From Neophaeotheca triangularis (taxonomy: Eukaryota): a stretch of DNA of 64,000 bases. Of this stretch, positions 22,490-35,624 are shown one piece after another. A program made the position numbers and the translations under genes. How positions within the stretch are numbered: the stretch's first letter is position 1; every line of letters begins with the position of its first letter. Location: the NCBI GenBank assembly GCA_054600435.1, contig BAAIJX010000006.1, forward strand, positions 620,001-684,000, in the 5' to 3' direction. The notes beneath the pieces are model-generated. The model was not told the DNA's origin, made no database searches, and saw only the letters and a list, made by a program, of their open reading frames with translations.

Positions 22490-25400
22490 TCAAGCCTTAG
22501 ACAACCACGTGAGCACCTCCTCCTTCTCCTCGACAGGCAGCATGCTCAGCACCTGCGAAACACCCTTGAGACCGCCCTGCTTGTTGCTCCTCAACAAGGC
22601 GGCGACATCGTAAGCGACAGCCTCGCTCTTCATGCCCTCAATCTTCTCGTGGATCGTCTTGCGGTTCTCCTCGTACCACATGGCGACGCTCATGTCGTCA
22701 GTGTCGAACTTCGGCAATCCAGACCAGGCCTCGAGGGTCTTGAGGCTGCCGGAGCGGCTGACGAGCTCCTTGGCCGTACTGGCAGCCATGCGCTTGAGGA
22801 CGTACTCTTCGTTCAGACGGCGGCGCAGACGCCAGTAGAAGAAGCGGCGGGCTTGGGACCAGACCAAGGGCATGCGGATGGTGTCCTTGGCCTTCATGCG
22901 GCCGGCACGGTCGTGTAGGTCGGCGTACTGCAGCGAGATCTGCATGTAGACGGGGAGGAGCAGGTTCTCGCGCTCGGTCATCTGGTCCTTAACCTCCTTC
23001 TGCTGGTCGGCGGTGAGGGACTTGTCGCCCATCTTGCGCTTCAAGTCGCCGTAGGTGGGGTCCAGGCGGGCCATGGTCTCGAGTTGCTTCTCCTTGCGGA
23101 ACTTGATGCCAACGATACCTTCAGGTTCGAGGACACCACCGCGAGCATCTTCGTCGGCGTACATTTCCATGTACTGGGGGTTGATGGTAGGATCGACGAC
23201 GACCTGGAGAACGTTAGCAACAAAATCCGAGTGAGACAGAAAGAGAGGATGCTTACCCATGAACCACCGCGAAGCTCGCCGAATGGTGGGATGTACACGA
23301 AAATCGGCTGCTCATATTTGACAAGAGCGTCAACAATGTACGAACCGTACTTTAGTACTTCGTTGTACATGTCACGCTGACCACCAGAGAAACCACGCCA
23401 GTTGGCAAGGATCATCAGTGGCAACTGCTCGCCGTTGTTGAAGTCCTTGATTGCCTGGGCTGTCTTGAAGGCACTGTTGGGGTACCAGACACCACCGGCC
23501 TCGTTGGTGACTTGCTCAATCGAGTCGGGATTGGCTGGATCAGCTGGCGAGACGTTCTCGACGGAGCGAGTCTCGACGCCAATGACACCGACGGGGATAC
23601 CACCAAGACGGGCGCGGCCGACGACGACGGTACGAGCCCAGCCACCGAGCGCCTCCTCAAAGGAGTTCTTGTCGAACAGACCAGACAAGAAGCCCTCATC
23701 GGTCTCTTGGCCAGCAATGAGGTGCCTGACGTCGTAAGGCTGCTTCTGCGGGGGGTAGAAGGTAACGTCGCGGTCCCAGCTGTCGACAGATGGCGAGATG
23801 GGGACTGGGTTGCCCTTCTTGTCTGGGACGAAAGACATCCACTTGACAATCTTTGAAACACCCGCAAAGTCGTCGTTGGCGACCATGTGAGAGACACCGT
23901 TCCTGTACATGATCTGGGTGCCACCCAACTGCAGGTTCGAGGTGTAGACCTCGCGACCGAGCAGCTTGTTGATGGCAGGGGCACCAGTGAGGATGATGGG
24001 CTGGCCCTCAATCTGGATGGCGCGCTGGCCGAGGCGGACAAGGTAGGCACCAATACCAACAGAACGGCAGGTGACAAGCGTGACAGTGAAGATGTCTTCG
24101 TAGGCACGAGCAGTCTCACCGGCAATGAGACCGGAGCCCTTCAAACATTCGACACCAAGACCCTCTTCAGCACCAATGATAGTGGTGATTTTGTGGCGGA
24201 GCTCGTTGCCGACCTGAACCTCCTCGGTGATGACATGCTTCAGGGCGCCGTCTTCGAAACGTGCCTTCTTCTCGGGTGTGAGGTAGAGGTATTCGAAGCC
24301 AGCCTCGGGCCTGCTTGGGTCCTTCCAGCAGACCGAGAAGTGGGGGATGAGCTCCTCTGCCATACCAATACGGGCACCGGAGTTGGCAGAAAGGTAGATG
24401 CGCGGAATACCCAGCTTGCGAGCAAGCTCCGAGCACTTGTGGAAGAACTTGTCTTCGTACGGACCGAAAGAACCAATCTTGAAGGTAATGTCGTTGGAGA
24501 TGATGATGAAGCGACGGCCACGAGGGTACTCGGGCGTCTTCGCGGTGACGAGCCAGCCGACCATGCCAATGGTGTTGGTGCCAGGTTCCCGGTTGACTTC
24601 GGCCAGGTTGTCGTTGTCGTCAAGTACCAATTCGCTGTATTCGATGCACTCGCCCTTGATAGGCTGCTTGTCCTTCAGACCTGGGTGCTGAGACACGATA
24701 GAGGTCCAGCTGTTTTCGATAGCCTGCCTGAAGAGCTCTGGGAAGTCGTAAACGTACTGAGTACCCATGATGTGTGCCTTGTAGCGCTTAGGCTGCAGAG
24801 CACCCTTGGTCTCGTATGGCGAAGCGACCGGTCTGAGGTGCATCGAGCCGATCTTGGTAGTGCCACCAATACTGTGGAAGAGCCATTCGTTGCTCCTGTC
24901 GGACTTGCGTTCTTCGTACATCTCAACCTGGATGATGTACCCGGACGTGTTGGTGATAATAACACGTAGGGGGTATGGCTCACCGGTCTGAGGATCGGTG
25001 CAGATGATGCGAATCTCAGCTCCGGTGACGCGAAGGCGCCAGGCGCGGCGGCCGAAGCGATCCAAGAAGCCACCGAGGGCCTCCTCCACCTCCTTTGGCT
25101 CGAGGGGAAACACGGCGGAGAAGTTGATAAAAATGTGGTTCATATCAGAGTTGTTGTTGCCAACAATCTCCATGGCATCCAGGATGTCGTTCATCAGCCT
25201 GTCGGCCTCAGAAATCATGTACTCTGCGGTAGGAATATCCTCACGTAGACGACCGGGCCTGACCACGGCACGGGTGAAGTAGCGCTTGTCATTCTCAGCG
25301 TTCTTGCCGACAGCCTCGTACATATGGATGTTGCGGTTCTCCGTGAACACCGGCTTGATGTTGAATTTGGAGAGGCGCGAAAGCTCAAGCTGGAATGCCA

Positions 25401-28400
25401 AAGCAGGCTCGATGTGTCGAATGCTCGTGTCTTCCTCGTATGAAGGGCCTCGGAAAGTGAAGTAACCTGGGTAAGTACCCTCGCTGTGACCGCAGATGAA
25501 TGTGAGGCGACGAACGCGCCTCGCCAGCAGCTCATCCTTGTAGTCGTTGACGATCGGGAGCAGACGATTAAGGAGCTCCTTGTCGTCGAGGCTCTCAGCA
25601 TCCCGGATGGCCACGTTGCAGACGGCCGTCAGCTCATCGTTACTGCTAGGAGGCTGCACGTTGACCTGTGGACCTCGCCTCTTGGAGAGGTCGGCCATCA
25701 AGCCACTTTCCTCGCGCTGCAGCTTGCCCTTCTGGGCTCCAGCGGTGCTGGGGAAAGCTTCGAGAGCCTTCATGAGGTACTCATCGGCCTCGTCCAAGTA
25801 GTGGACCGGTACAACAGCACCCTGGCGAGTAGGCTCTTTGCCATTCTTTTCGCGTGAGAGATAGCTCATGTCGCTGATGGAGTGCACTCTTTGCATGCCC
25901 TCAGCCGGTGTTCCCGGAGTCGATGGGTGCGAGGACTGAATTGGCAGGCCAAACTCGGACTCGCCAACCTTCCTAAGTGCAAACTCCCATGAAAGCACGT
26001 ACGGGGTATCGTTCTCAGCCAGATAGCTGATCGACTTGAGTTGGTAGGCGCGGTAGGCACGACGTGTGTACACTTCAAGAGCAGCGAGCGACACCCAAGG
26101 GTCTTGATGGACGAAGAAGTGTGGCAGTACATCGAAAACAGTGTACTTCGAGTCCACGACCTCCTTGATGATGTCAAAGTCCGGTTCGCGGTGGTCCCAA
26201 CCGCTTTCTCCGTATCTCGACTCGAGGACGGCAGAGCGGAGAATGTGTTCCATCTGGGACGTGCGCTCCTCCAACGAAGGCATAGCGCATTGAATCAGGA
26301 TCTCACGCGCCTTGAGGGCCACCTTGGCTGTAGGGCGGCCGTCTAGCTCGGCGAGCTTGGAGAGAGAGTCGCGGAAGTACTTGCCGACGTTGCCAACGCC
26401 TGGCTGGTTGGGCCTGTACGCTTGCAAGATGGCAATCATGAGATTGTTCTTCGAGCTGGCTCTGGTGTGGGACAGAGTAGTGTGTACGACCTTGGAGAGA
26501 TCGTCTCGGTTCTGATCACGCAGCTGAAGAATGACCTCCTCATCGCGGTTCTGGCGGCCCGAGAAGAGACTTTCGACAGCATAGTATTGCTCGAACAATT
26601 TGGTAAATGCCGAAAACTCGTGAGCCTTGAGGCCGTCGTTGTACTTGACCATGATTTCAAGGAGCGGAGCGAGCGAAGTGCGCAGAAGGTCTGCATCACC
26701 TGCAGCCACGTTTTCCTCCAAAAATCGGGTGAAGGCCTTCTGGAGCTGCTTCGCTGGGAAGTCGCTCTTGCGGCTGTGTGCACGCTCGACGATCTGCTCG
26801 AAAGTCGCGTCGAGCTTCTGAGGCATACGAGAGTGAAGTGCGGATGCCTGTGCATTCCACTCGCCGTACGGCAACTCGGGATCTCGGAGTACAGAGATGA
26901 GCTCATTCAGGGTCTGGTTCATGATCACTTGGTTGTCGTAGCCCTGCAGGATGTGCTCGAGCACTCCAAATAAGAACGCAAATCGCTGAGGGGGCTTGTT
27001 TCCAGGGACAGTTGGAGGACCCAGGTCCGGAACGCGGCCGAGGAAAGGCTGAGCTGACTTGACCTTGGAAGGGTCGTCCAGTGCCAGGATACCGAGGATG
27101 TCGCCCGCCTCGAGCGTAGCTCCTGGCTGCTTGATCAAGTTCACAAGGCCGTCTTCGGCGGCAATGAGAGGCATGTACATTTTCATGACCTCGACTTCGG
27201 CAAAAGCTTGACCCTTCTTCACGTGCTCGCCGTTCTCGACGGTGAACTTGACAAGCTTGCCCGGAGAGGGAGAGCGCAGCTGTGTAGGGTCACTCTCTTG
27301 CTCGAGGAGGCAAGTCTTGCCATCCACAGACATGCGAATAGCACCGACTTCCTCTTTCCAGTAAACATTGTGCGAACGCCCGCCAAGCAGGACCAAAAGA
27401 CCACCATCGGAGAGGGGCCTGATGCCAACCAAAGCCTTGCTGCCGTTGATGAAGAGTGTGTAGCTGTCAATGCTGGATCGTGTGGCGGTGAATTTGTATT
27501 TGAATCCCTCGTAGATGAATTCAACCGGGAAGACCGTCTTAAGGATGTCCTTGGACGGGACTTGACCCTTTTGCAGGCCGGTGGTGTACTCGGTAAAGCA
27601 TGCATCGCTTGCAACGTGCGCCTTTGTAACAGCACCGCATACAACTGCAATCATTGGGTCCGGTCGCTCGGCAGTCAGCTTCTTGCTGATCAGCTCGTCG
27701 AGCCAGCCGGTGGTGATGGTGTTGTCCTCGAAAGCTGGAGTTTCCAACAGCTTGATCAAGTATTCCACTGTTGTCCTAAAGTCTCCACGAATGCTAAGCT
27801 CTTTCAATGCGACAACCATGTGCTTGCGCGATGCCTGCCTGTTTTCGCCATAGGCAAAGATGTGGCCAAATTGCGAATCGGAGAAGTTGTGGATCGAGGA
27901 GGCAGCACCAACGGAGAAGTAACCCCAAACGTTGGAGCTCGAACGGAAATTGAGCTCGTGCATGGTACCTGAAGAAGGCTTAAATCCCTCTCCGGGGTCT
28001 TCGGAAGTGATACGGCAGGCTGTGGTGTGTCCCTTGGGTTGCGGCCTTCGCTGGTTAACCAGGCTACCTTCCTTGCTGAAATCAAAGTCGATCTCGGTAG
28101 TCTGATGGGGGTCTGCACCGTAGAGCAAGCGAATGTCACGGATGCGGTGAAGGGGAAGACCCATGGCAACCTGCAGCTGGGCGGCTGGCAAGTTGACGCC
28201 AGAAACCATCTCGGTCGTAGGGTGCTCGACTTGAAGACGCGGGTTCAACTCCAAAAAGTAGAATTTGTCGTCGGCGTGCGAGTAGAGGTACTCGACTGTA
28301 CCCGCTGAGACGTAGCCGACCAACCTTCCAAGCGATACTGCGGCCTTCTCCATCTCGTGGAAGGTGGCTTGGTTGGCGACGGTAACCGGCGCTTCTTCGA

Positions 28401-29522
28401 TAATCTTCTGATGTCTCCTCTGTACCGAGCAGTCACGACCAAAGAGAGAGATGTTGTTGCCGTACTGGTCAGCCAGAAGCTGGACTTCCAAATGCCTCGC
28501 GCTGCCGGCCAGCTTCATGATGAAAATAGGCGAACCTGGTATTTCGCTCGCAGCAGCCTTGTAGAGTGCTTCAAACTGCTCTTCGTTGTCCACCTTTCGG
28601 ATACCCTTTCCACCGCCACCCTCTGAAGCCTTGACCATGACGGGGAATCCAATCTTCTTCGCAGATTCGAGACCCTCCTCCCATGTGTGGACGCAGCCCT
28701 TGTCGTAGATATCATCTTTCACAGTGACAATGTTGTGCTGGTCAATCTCGACCTCATCAACGCCCACACCGGACCAGGGAATGCAGGGGACTCCAGCGTG
28801 CTGCGCGACAATGGTAGAAGAGATCTTGTCGCCCAACGACCGCATAGCAGAGCCAGGTGGGCCAATGAAGACAATCTTGTTCGGAGATGCTGCGAGGGAT
28901 TCGGGGAGCTTTGGGTTCTCGGATGCGTGGCCCCTGTAATACAATGTCAGCATTCTCTCTTTTGTAAGGTTCAGCCAAGCTTTGGTATGCCCTACCATCC
29001 GGCCCAGACGGCGTGAACGCCCATACGCTCAGCTACGTCGACAATGAGATCGACGTTGGCGTAGTTGTTGTTGTTGGTACCACCCGGCACCTCAACGTAC
29101 TGATCGGCCATTCTGATGTAGTCGGCGTTGGCCTGAAGATCCTCGGGAGTGGCCATGACAGTAAACTGGATGGCCCGCTCGTCGCCGAACGTCTCGTATG
29201 CCCATTTCCGCACAGATCTGATTTCCTTGACTGCCGCAATACCGTTGTTCGCAATCAAGACCTAGTAATTCCAGTCAGCTCCTGCTGCTTGCCGCGAGAC
29301 TGCCGCTCGAGCTTCCCGACTCCCGCGTTTTGCTGTACTCACGTTTGTGATGACGGTGTGACCGTCGTTGGCCGCCACAAAGTCCTTGACCTTGCTGGGC
29401 GCGGCCCTGGAGATCTCATTGCCTCCAATGAAGTGGGAAGCCAGATTGAACTTGGCGGCGTAGCTTGTCGGGTAGCCATTGGAAGTGCCATTGGCCGCCG
29501 CTCCGCCTGTTGCATCCGCCAT
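22490..29522 (-). CDS. ACC1: Acetyl-CoA carboxylase; introns 29262-29342, 28934-28995, 23204-23256
   Basis: BC domain ([20 protein letters not shown]), biotinylation motif EVMKM, CT domain ([17 protein letters not shown]). All three introns are GT-AG and keep the frame. Confidence 0.98.
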
Positions 29523-29668
29523 GATTCGTAGCTCTAATGGTACAAAGGCTCCCTGAGCAAAGAGGCAGCGATTGTGGAGGCAACAACAAAGAGCTGAGTC
29601 TCGGCGCTGCTGTGGATGATGGCTGCGCTGAGGGGTATCTCAAAAAGTCAATCTAGGAGGATGGCCCC

Positions 29669-29669
<1 letters not shown>

Positions 29670-29705
<36 letters not shown>
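29670..29705. repeat. (GA)n microsatellite in the ACC1 5' region
   Basis: Seen directly. Confidence 0.9.
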
Positions 29706-29708
<3 letters not shown>

Positions 29709-32699
29709 CAGCTTTTGAGCACGGCCGCTGAAGACGTGGGGCTGGAACTCGCTGACCCTGGCCGGCTGGTAATGCCGCAGAAGACCTTCAATGTGTCAAA
29801 AAGAGCGTCGTTTTCGGGTCGTGGGGATAATGCGCGGCGCGTAAGAGTGAGAGTGAGAGGATTGTGTCGCGAGAGGGTGTTGCAAATGGCAGCACGTAGG
29901 GAGGGAGGTTAGTTGGTGTTTTCGGAGGGGAGGTGGGAAGAGGAGGAAGGGTTGTTGTGTTGAGCGGGAAAGGCTTTTGGGAGAGCGGCGAGGAGGATGG
30001 ATGGGGTGGGCGGGCGGCAAGGGGAGTAGTCTAGTATTATTTTATTGTATATCTGTCTTCTGGAAATGGACCATAGACGACGTTAGGGACTAAAAGCAGC
30101 GTAAACGTCAAAGGCTTTCCGGCTTGGGCACGTTTGATGGGTGGGATCTGAGACGTACATGCCAAACTTCCGAGCCGAGCGCGACACTTTTTTCGGGGCA
30201 GCTGGTGCAGTACGTACGGTACTACTGGCAGTGGTGGTGAGTGGTGATGGTGACGGCGTCGTTGAGCCTTTGATTCAAATTGCTGATTCTGGTGCTAAAG
30301 CTAATAAAGCTTGCCGGACTTTTTACATCTGCAGCTACTGTACCTAACCTAGTCCAATGTCTATCTATGTACGGAAGTAGTCGTAGTTTAATAATGACTA
30401 CCTAGGTAGAGTAGTCCAGTATCTTGCAACATCCCCTTGTGTATGGTCCACTACTGCCGGCCATTAATATTTGCTCGTTGGTTCATGATGATTGAGGGGG
30501 AAAGGACCTAGCCTTATCTACTTAGATGTTAGATGCCTCTCACTTGCAGCTCGCCTGGCTCAACTCACAGCTGCCGACGTGAACAGACCGGAAGCGCAGT
30601 GGTGCTGGGGGATGCGGTTATCAGCCCAACAACCTGAACCAAGCAATGGGAGAGGGCGGAGCTGTGGGTGAGCAAGCTACGGCGCTCGGCCGCATGTTGA
30701 ACACGGACTCGTTATGTTTGCGCGTGTGTGTGGACTGTGGAGTGCATCAAAAGTACCTAGTAACCAGAACCCTGCGAACCTACTACTACTGTAGTAGGGT
30801 ACATGTACCTAGTTACTCGTGACCCTGTTGCACTAACTAGTAGTACTAGTTACTACTAACAACTCAAGCTGGCTGCTACACCTGCACCACCAGGGCATGA
30901 TCGTCCGCACCGATGCGGCCGCGGCTTCACGCGTCTCATCAGTCTAGGTAGTCCGTAGTAGCAGTAGTGACGGAATCTACAAGTATGGTTGGGCATTATT
31001 ATAAGTTACAATGCAACTCCTACTACCAGCTGCCATGGATCGTACCTAGGTACAGGTCAACCATTTCATCACGCATGGAAAGTTAGGTACCTAATGTAGC
31101 TACATGCTGTGGGAACCGCCATAATGATAGAAGGTATATAGGTCATCACCTCCGCAGCCCGCTCCCATGCCCTGGTACGGCCAGCAGCTTCCACCGAGTC
31201 GTCGACAAAGCCCTACCAACAAAACAGTAAGGTAATCATCCATCGACACCTTATTAATTATTAATCAGCTGTCGGACTTTTTCCTCACTCTCGGGCTCGG
31301 GCCCACCACACGAGGCCGGCCGACCATCCCTTTCTCCTTCTCCCCACCTCCCTTCTGGCTGTATCTTAAGGAAGCAAAAGCCACCTTATTCAGGACCGAC
31401 CTTTGAATAGCGTCACCTCTCCTTTGCCCGCCTCGCACAGGCCGAGTCAGCACCCCCCCCCAAAAAAAGAGTACCTAATCGTTGCCGTTAGATGTAGTGG
31501 TGATACCATGATACAGCCAGATATACCGCCATCATTATTATTTCGGGAAGCCGTTCTGTACGTCCGTCGGCTTTTAGCAGAGGAGAGCCGGCAACAACGA
31601 GAAATGTGGATGATTATTATTATTATTACTGCCCGAGCACATCAAACATTTCCCGAACAACGGCTAGCTGGGCTCTGGCTCTCCGGCCCAAAACTACTGC
31701 TCATCAGACGCTCGGCTCCATCGTTCTTGGTCCCGTTTGGAATTCCCACCAAATATCATGTCCGAATGAGGAAGTCATGTTGCCTTTAGCGTGAAACATT
31801 CACGATTTGCTCCGTGCGTCCATCGACGCTCTTGGTCTGCTCAAACAAGGCTTTGAAACGTTAGAATCCGAGATTTCACCACTCGATTCATGTCTACACA
31901 ATAGTATCTTTTTCGCTTTTCTTTTGCTGGTTGAGGGGCCTCTTAGGAAAAGTCCTTGCTTTCTGGTTCCTGGTTTTTGATTTTTGGTCCTTTCTTTATT
32001 TTTGGGGGGTGGAGAGGTGAGGAGGGGCCCTTGACAGAATTAGAATGAGCAGTCCACAGCTTTATCGGCAATAATTCTCTTTTTTCGAAAAGGCCCCATT
32101 TGAGAACGTGGTATGATCGAATTAGAAGGCCAACCCGGATTTGCTTCACGTTGTCTACAGTTTGTTCTCTAGTGTGAGGAAGACGAGAAACTACCTGCAT
32201 AGCTCTAAGCGTCGAGAATGAATACTATTCATCGAGGCTGTTTTACTACTAGTGAACAATCTTAACCTCGCATTCTCAAACCAGAGGCCAAGGTCATATG
32301 GATATGGTTGACAATCGTGAAGAGCTGGGAGCTGTAGCTTACCACTGATTCGAGAAGTAAGTAGCTGCGGGCAGGTCTCGGCCAAGCGATCATCTGAGCA
32401 AGCACAACTTAGTTCCTCGAGGCTCCTCCATCAGTGAATCAAACCACATTTCAATCTAGGTAGCTGACCTGTGGTTCATCTGCATCATATGTACGATCCT
32501 ATTCCATCTCGAAACCCAAACCCAAACCCGAAGCCTAAACCGCAAGCGCTGCCTACGAGTAGGCCAACGAAACGCCCCAGTATTCGTAGCTATAATCTAA
32601 ATCGGCCATAAAGTCATGAAGCCATAGCCCCCCCGAAAGCATCATCAGCCCGCGATATGAACAAGCGCTAAAAGCAACGAACCATGCCCACCTCAATAA

Positions 32700-34805
32700 T
32701 TAATACGTCTCACCAACATCCGACATCTTCCGCCGACTCGGCGGCGGCCCCATCTCCGCGTTGCCCTGCGTGCTCTTCCTGCCGCTCGTGCTGCTCCTGG
32801 AATTCGCGAGACCGCCGCTCTGCCGCTTCGAAGCGCCTGGTTGCGGTAGCCCGCTCTTGTCGAGAGTCGTGCGGCGACCAGCGCTTGACTTGAAGAGCGC
32901 GGAGTCCTCGCTCTCGGCGGCTACGCGTCTTAACTCACTGACGGAAGCGCTGGGTCTGTGCAACGAGGATCGCGGCGGGCCGGAAATCGTGGCGTAGTTG
33001 CCGCCTAAGCTGCTGCTTGGTCGGGGCGTTGAGGTGGCTTTGCTGCCGTTGCTTGCGCCTGAATATCCTGTCTGTGCGCTGTTTAATCGGCTGGAGGGCC
33101 GGGAGCTTGAGACAAAACTGGCGCGGGAGCTTGGGCGGCTTGTGGCTGCTCTCGACGAGGGGCGATCCGTGCCGGCGGCGGACGGTGGACGCTCGTTCAC
33201 ATGGTTGCCAGCTACTCTCGAAGGAGGGCGTCCCGCGTCTCGGGCGGATGCTGGACGCTCGCTTCGATGACCGCCCTCTGCTCGTAAAGAGGGGCGTTCC
33301 TGGCTGAGCGCTGATGGTGGACGCTCACTCAGACGGCTGGCCCCACCTCTCGAGGAGGGGCGCCCCTGGCCAAGAGCTGATGGCGGACGTTCACTCATTC
33401 GGCTGCCGGCTGCTCTGGAAGAAGGACGGTCCACGCCGAGAGCAGATGATGGACGCTCGCTTGCCGAGGACGTCGGACGCGGCAGGCCGTAGGACAGCCG
33501 CTCGATGTGAGAATCTCGCCGCGAGGATGTCGGCGCTAGTCTGTCGCTGCTGGGTTCGTCGTCGCCGTTTACCAGCGAAGAGACTGCGCTGGGTGTAGCA
33601 CTTGGACGCTTGCTGGACCTGCGTAGTGTCACAGACGCAGGGATATTGTTTCCTAGCGACGACGTGGCGTGCGGAGAGGATCTAGGCGTGCCGTCCTTGG
33701 GTGGTGGAAGCTTGGAGCGCGCCGAGTGTACGCGCTCTTCAATTTTCTGCATACGCCCTATAAGGCCACGGATTTGGTAGAGTGAGTCCGAACGCGGTAA
33801 CGAATCGACAGGGTGGATGCTCGGACGGGAAGCTGGTCGGGAGGGCTTTGATGTTGGCGGTTTCATGGATTTGGCGTCGGATTGGCCCCGAGTCGAGTTC
33901 ACAGAAGGTGCTCTCGAGTGGTTGGGTGGCGCTCGCGGTCCAAGAGGACCAGCACGAGGAGTTGCGCTCGCATCCGGAACCAGACTTTTCCGCTTTGCAG
34001 CTAGCGGTGTCCTGGGTGGAAGCTTTCCATTTGCTGCCACATCAGATAGCGGAGGCGAAGGAGGCGTCTGTGTTTCTGACAGAGCAGACGACTCTGACTT
34101 TGTAGGAGGAGTGGAGGCGGTGGGGGAGCTGGGTGTGACACCGCTCGCATCACTGCCCACCGGGCTACGGCCTCTGAGATTCTCGACTGCCATCGAGCCA
34201 GGTTTCCTTCCGACAGCCCTGAGCTTCTCGATCGTCTCTTCTGCGAGCCGCAACTTTTCAACAGTGATCTCGTTCTCCACCTTGAGGTCGCCATGTTCAT
34301 CGCGCAGCCTCTGGCACTCTATGCGCAAGCTCTCCCTCTCTTGCTCGCCAATCTTGAGTTCTTCGTCAAGCATTACGCCCCTTTCGATCGACTGATTAAG
34401 CTTGTTTTCCAGGTCCTCTAGGCTGCTAGTGGTGTTGCGCGCCTGCCGTTCGTAATCGTCATTCGACACCTCGATGTCCCGTAGCCTCATCTGCAAGCCC
34501 CGATTGCTTTCTCTCATGCCAGTGATTTCCTTTTGCAGAGAATTATGAGCATTGTTCGCCTCTATCTTGCTCTGCTTGTGCTTCCCTTTCCATTCATCCA
34601 CTTCAAAGCCTAGCTTCTCCACTTGCTCCTTCAGCTTTCGCTCGTTCTTTTCGGCGACGTCTACATCCTTCTCTAGCTGTTCTTCGAGTTCTTTGGAAGA
34701 AGCCTGGAAGTCCGCCAGATCAGATTCGAGCTGCTCGTATTGCTTCTTGTAGTAGTCGAGTTCTTGCTCTAAAGTAGCGCCGACGCGCAACGGTGAAGAC
34801 GTCAT
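32700..34805 (-). CDS. nudE: Nuclear distribution protein NudE/NDEL1 (dynein regulator)
   Basis: N-terminal coiled coil YEQLE..L.DFQ.SSKELE..LE and LRDIEV.NDDYERQAR; NUDE_C-like SLYQIRGLIGRMQ.IE.RV.SARS.LP. Confidence 0.92.
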   Translation of the reverse strand: MTSSPLRVGATLEQELDYYKKQYEQLESDLADFQASSKELEEQLEKDVDVAEKNERKLKEQVEKLGFEVDEWKGKHKQSKIEANNAHNSLQKEITGMRESNRGLQMRLRDIEVSNDDYERQARNTTSSLEDLENKLNQSIERGVMLDEELKIGEQERESLRIECQRLRDEHGDLKVENEITVEKLRLAEETIEKLRAVGRKPGSMAVENLRGRSPVGSDASGVTPSSPTASTPPTKSESSALSETQTPPSPPLSDVAANGKLPPRTPLAAKRKSLVPDASATPRAGPLGPRAPPNHSRAPSVNSTRGQSDAKSMKPPTSKPSRPASRPSIHPVDSLPRSDSLYQIRGLIGRMQKIEERVHSARSKLPPPKDGTPRSSPHATSSLGNNIPASVTLRRSSKRPSATPSAVSSLVNGDDEPSSDRLAPTSSRRDSHIERLSYGLPRPTSSASERPSSALGVDRPSSRAAGSRMSERPPSALGQGRPSSRGGASRLSERPPSALSQERPSLRAEGGHRSERPASARDAGRPPSRVAGNHVNERPPSAAGTDRPSSRAATSRPSSRASFVSSSRPSSRLNSAQTGYSGASNGSKATSTPRPSSSLGGNYATISGPPRSSLHRPSASVSELRRVAAESEDSALFKSSAGRRTTLDKSGLPQPGASKRQSGGLANSRSSTSGRKSTQGNAEMGPPPSRRKMSDVGETY

Positions 34806-35624
34806 TGTTGCTAAGTGTCGTGAGCGATACTATCGGGGCATCACAAGGTCCTGTAGATTTGCTTGGGGTGGGAGGCGCTCAATGTTCTATAAGATAGGTA
34901 CGCTTGAGGAGGTTGTCTCGGGTGAAGGTCGAAGGGTCTTGGTGTCGTTCAAGTGAGGGTTACTAGACAGAGTTCGGCCCCGGGGGGGGGAATGGGTTTG
35001 AGGATATTTGGTCGCTGGGGTTAGTAGGTCGTTTTCCGTGGCAGGCTCCAGCTATTCCATGATGGCGGGTGGCAGGCCAGTATCGTATTGATATTGGATG
35101 ATTTGGTCGAGTGTCTCTTGTTGTCGTTGGGTGCTTGTACATATGTACTGTATGTAAGTTGTGTGTCTGTTGACAAGCGGCGGGCAAGATTCAGGCTCGT
35201 CGCTAGGGGCTCCCGCTTCTAGCCCGTGAATTCAATGTCAGGGTCCATCATGTCGCATACCGCGTCGATCACTCTGTATCTTTTCTGGAGAGCTACTAGT
35301 AGGCATTCTTTTCCACCTTCACTTCACAGTATAAGTTGCCCTTTCCTACTGACGACTGAGATCCTGAACCGGACTGGACTGGACTGGACTGAAGCTACGT
35401 CGACGCGAATGATAGCAGCTGCATTTTACGACTGAACCCCCACTCCTTACCGATTGCCGTTCGCTTCGCTCCTTACCCCTTGCCTTGACCGACTTCGCTC
35501 TCACTCAAACCAAACGCTTCACGATCCACGACAAAGCGAAATACTACAAGACTGCCGGCTCTACTACATCGGCAACCAGTCGCTCCATTCCAACCGTCAC
35601 GCGCCTGATACACCCTTACCAATC

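Noticed and set aside
22451..29531. Many long plus-strand ORFs within ACC1
   Set aside because: Antisense shadow ORFs caused by strong codon bias.
31735..31900. RNase P/MRP-like or U3-like motifs (GGAAGTCATG/TTCATGTCTA, TAGCGTGAA) and a telomerase RNA idea
   Set aside because: The P4-like pairing is imperfect and too closely spaced, the U3 5' boxes are absent, and no CCCTAA-type template was found. No family was assigned.
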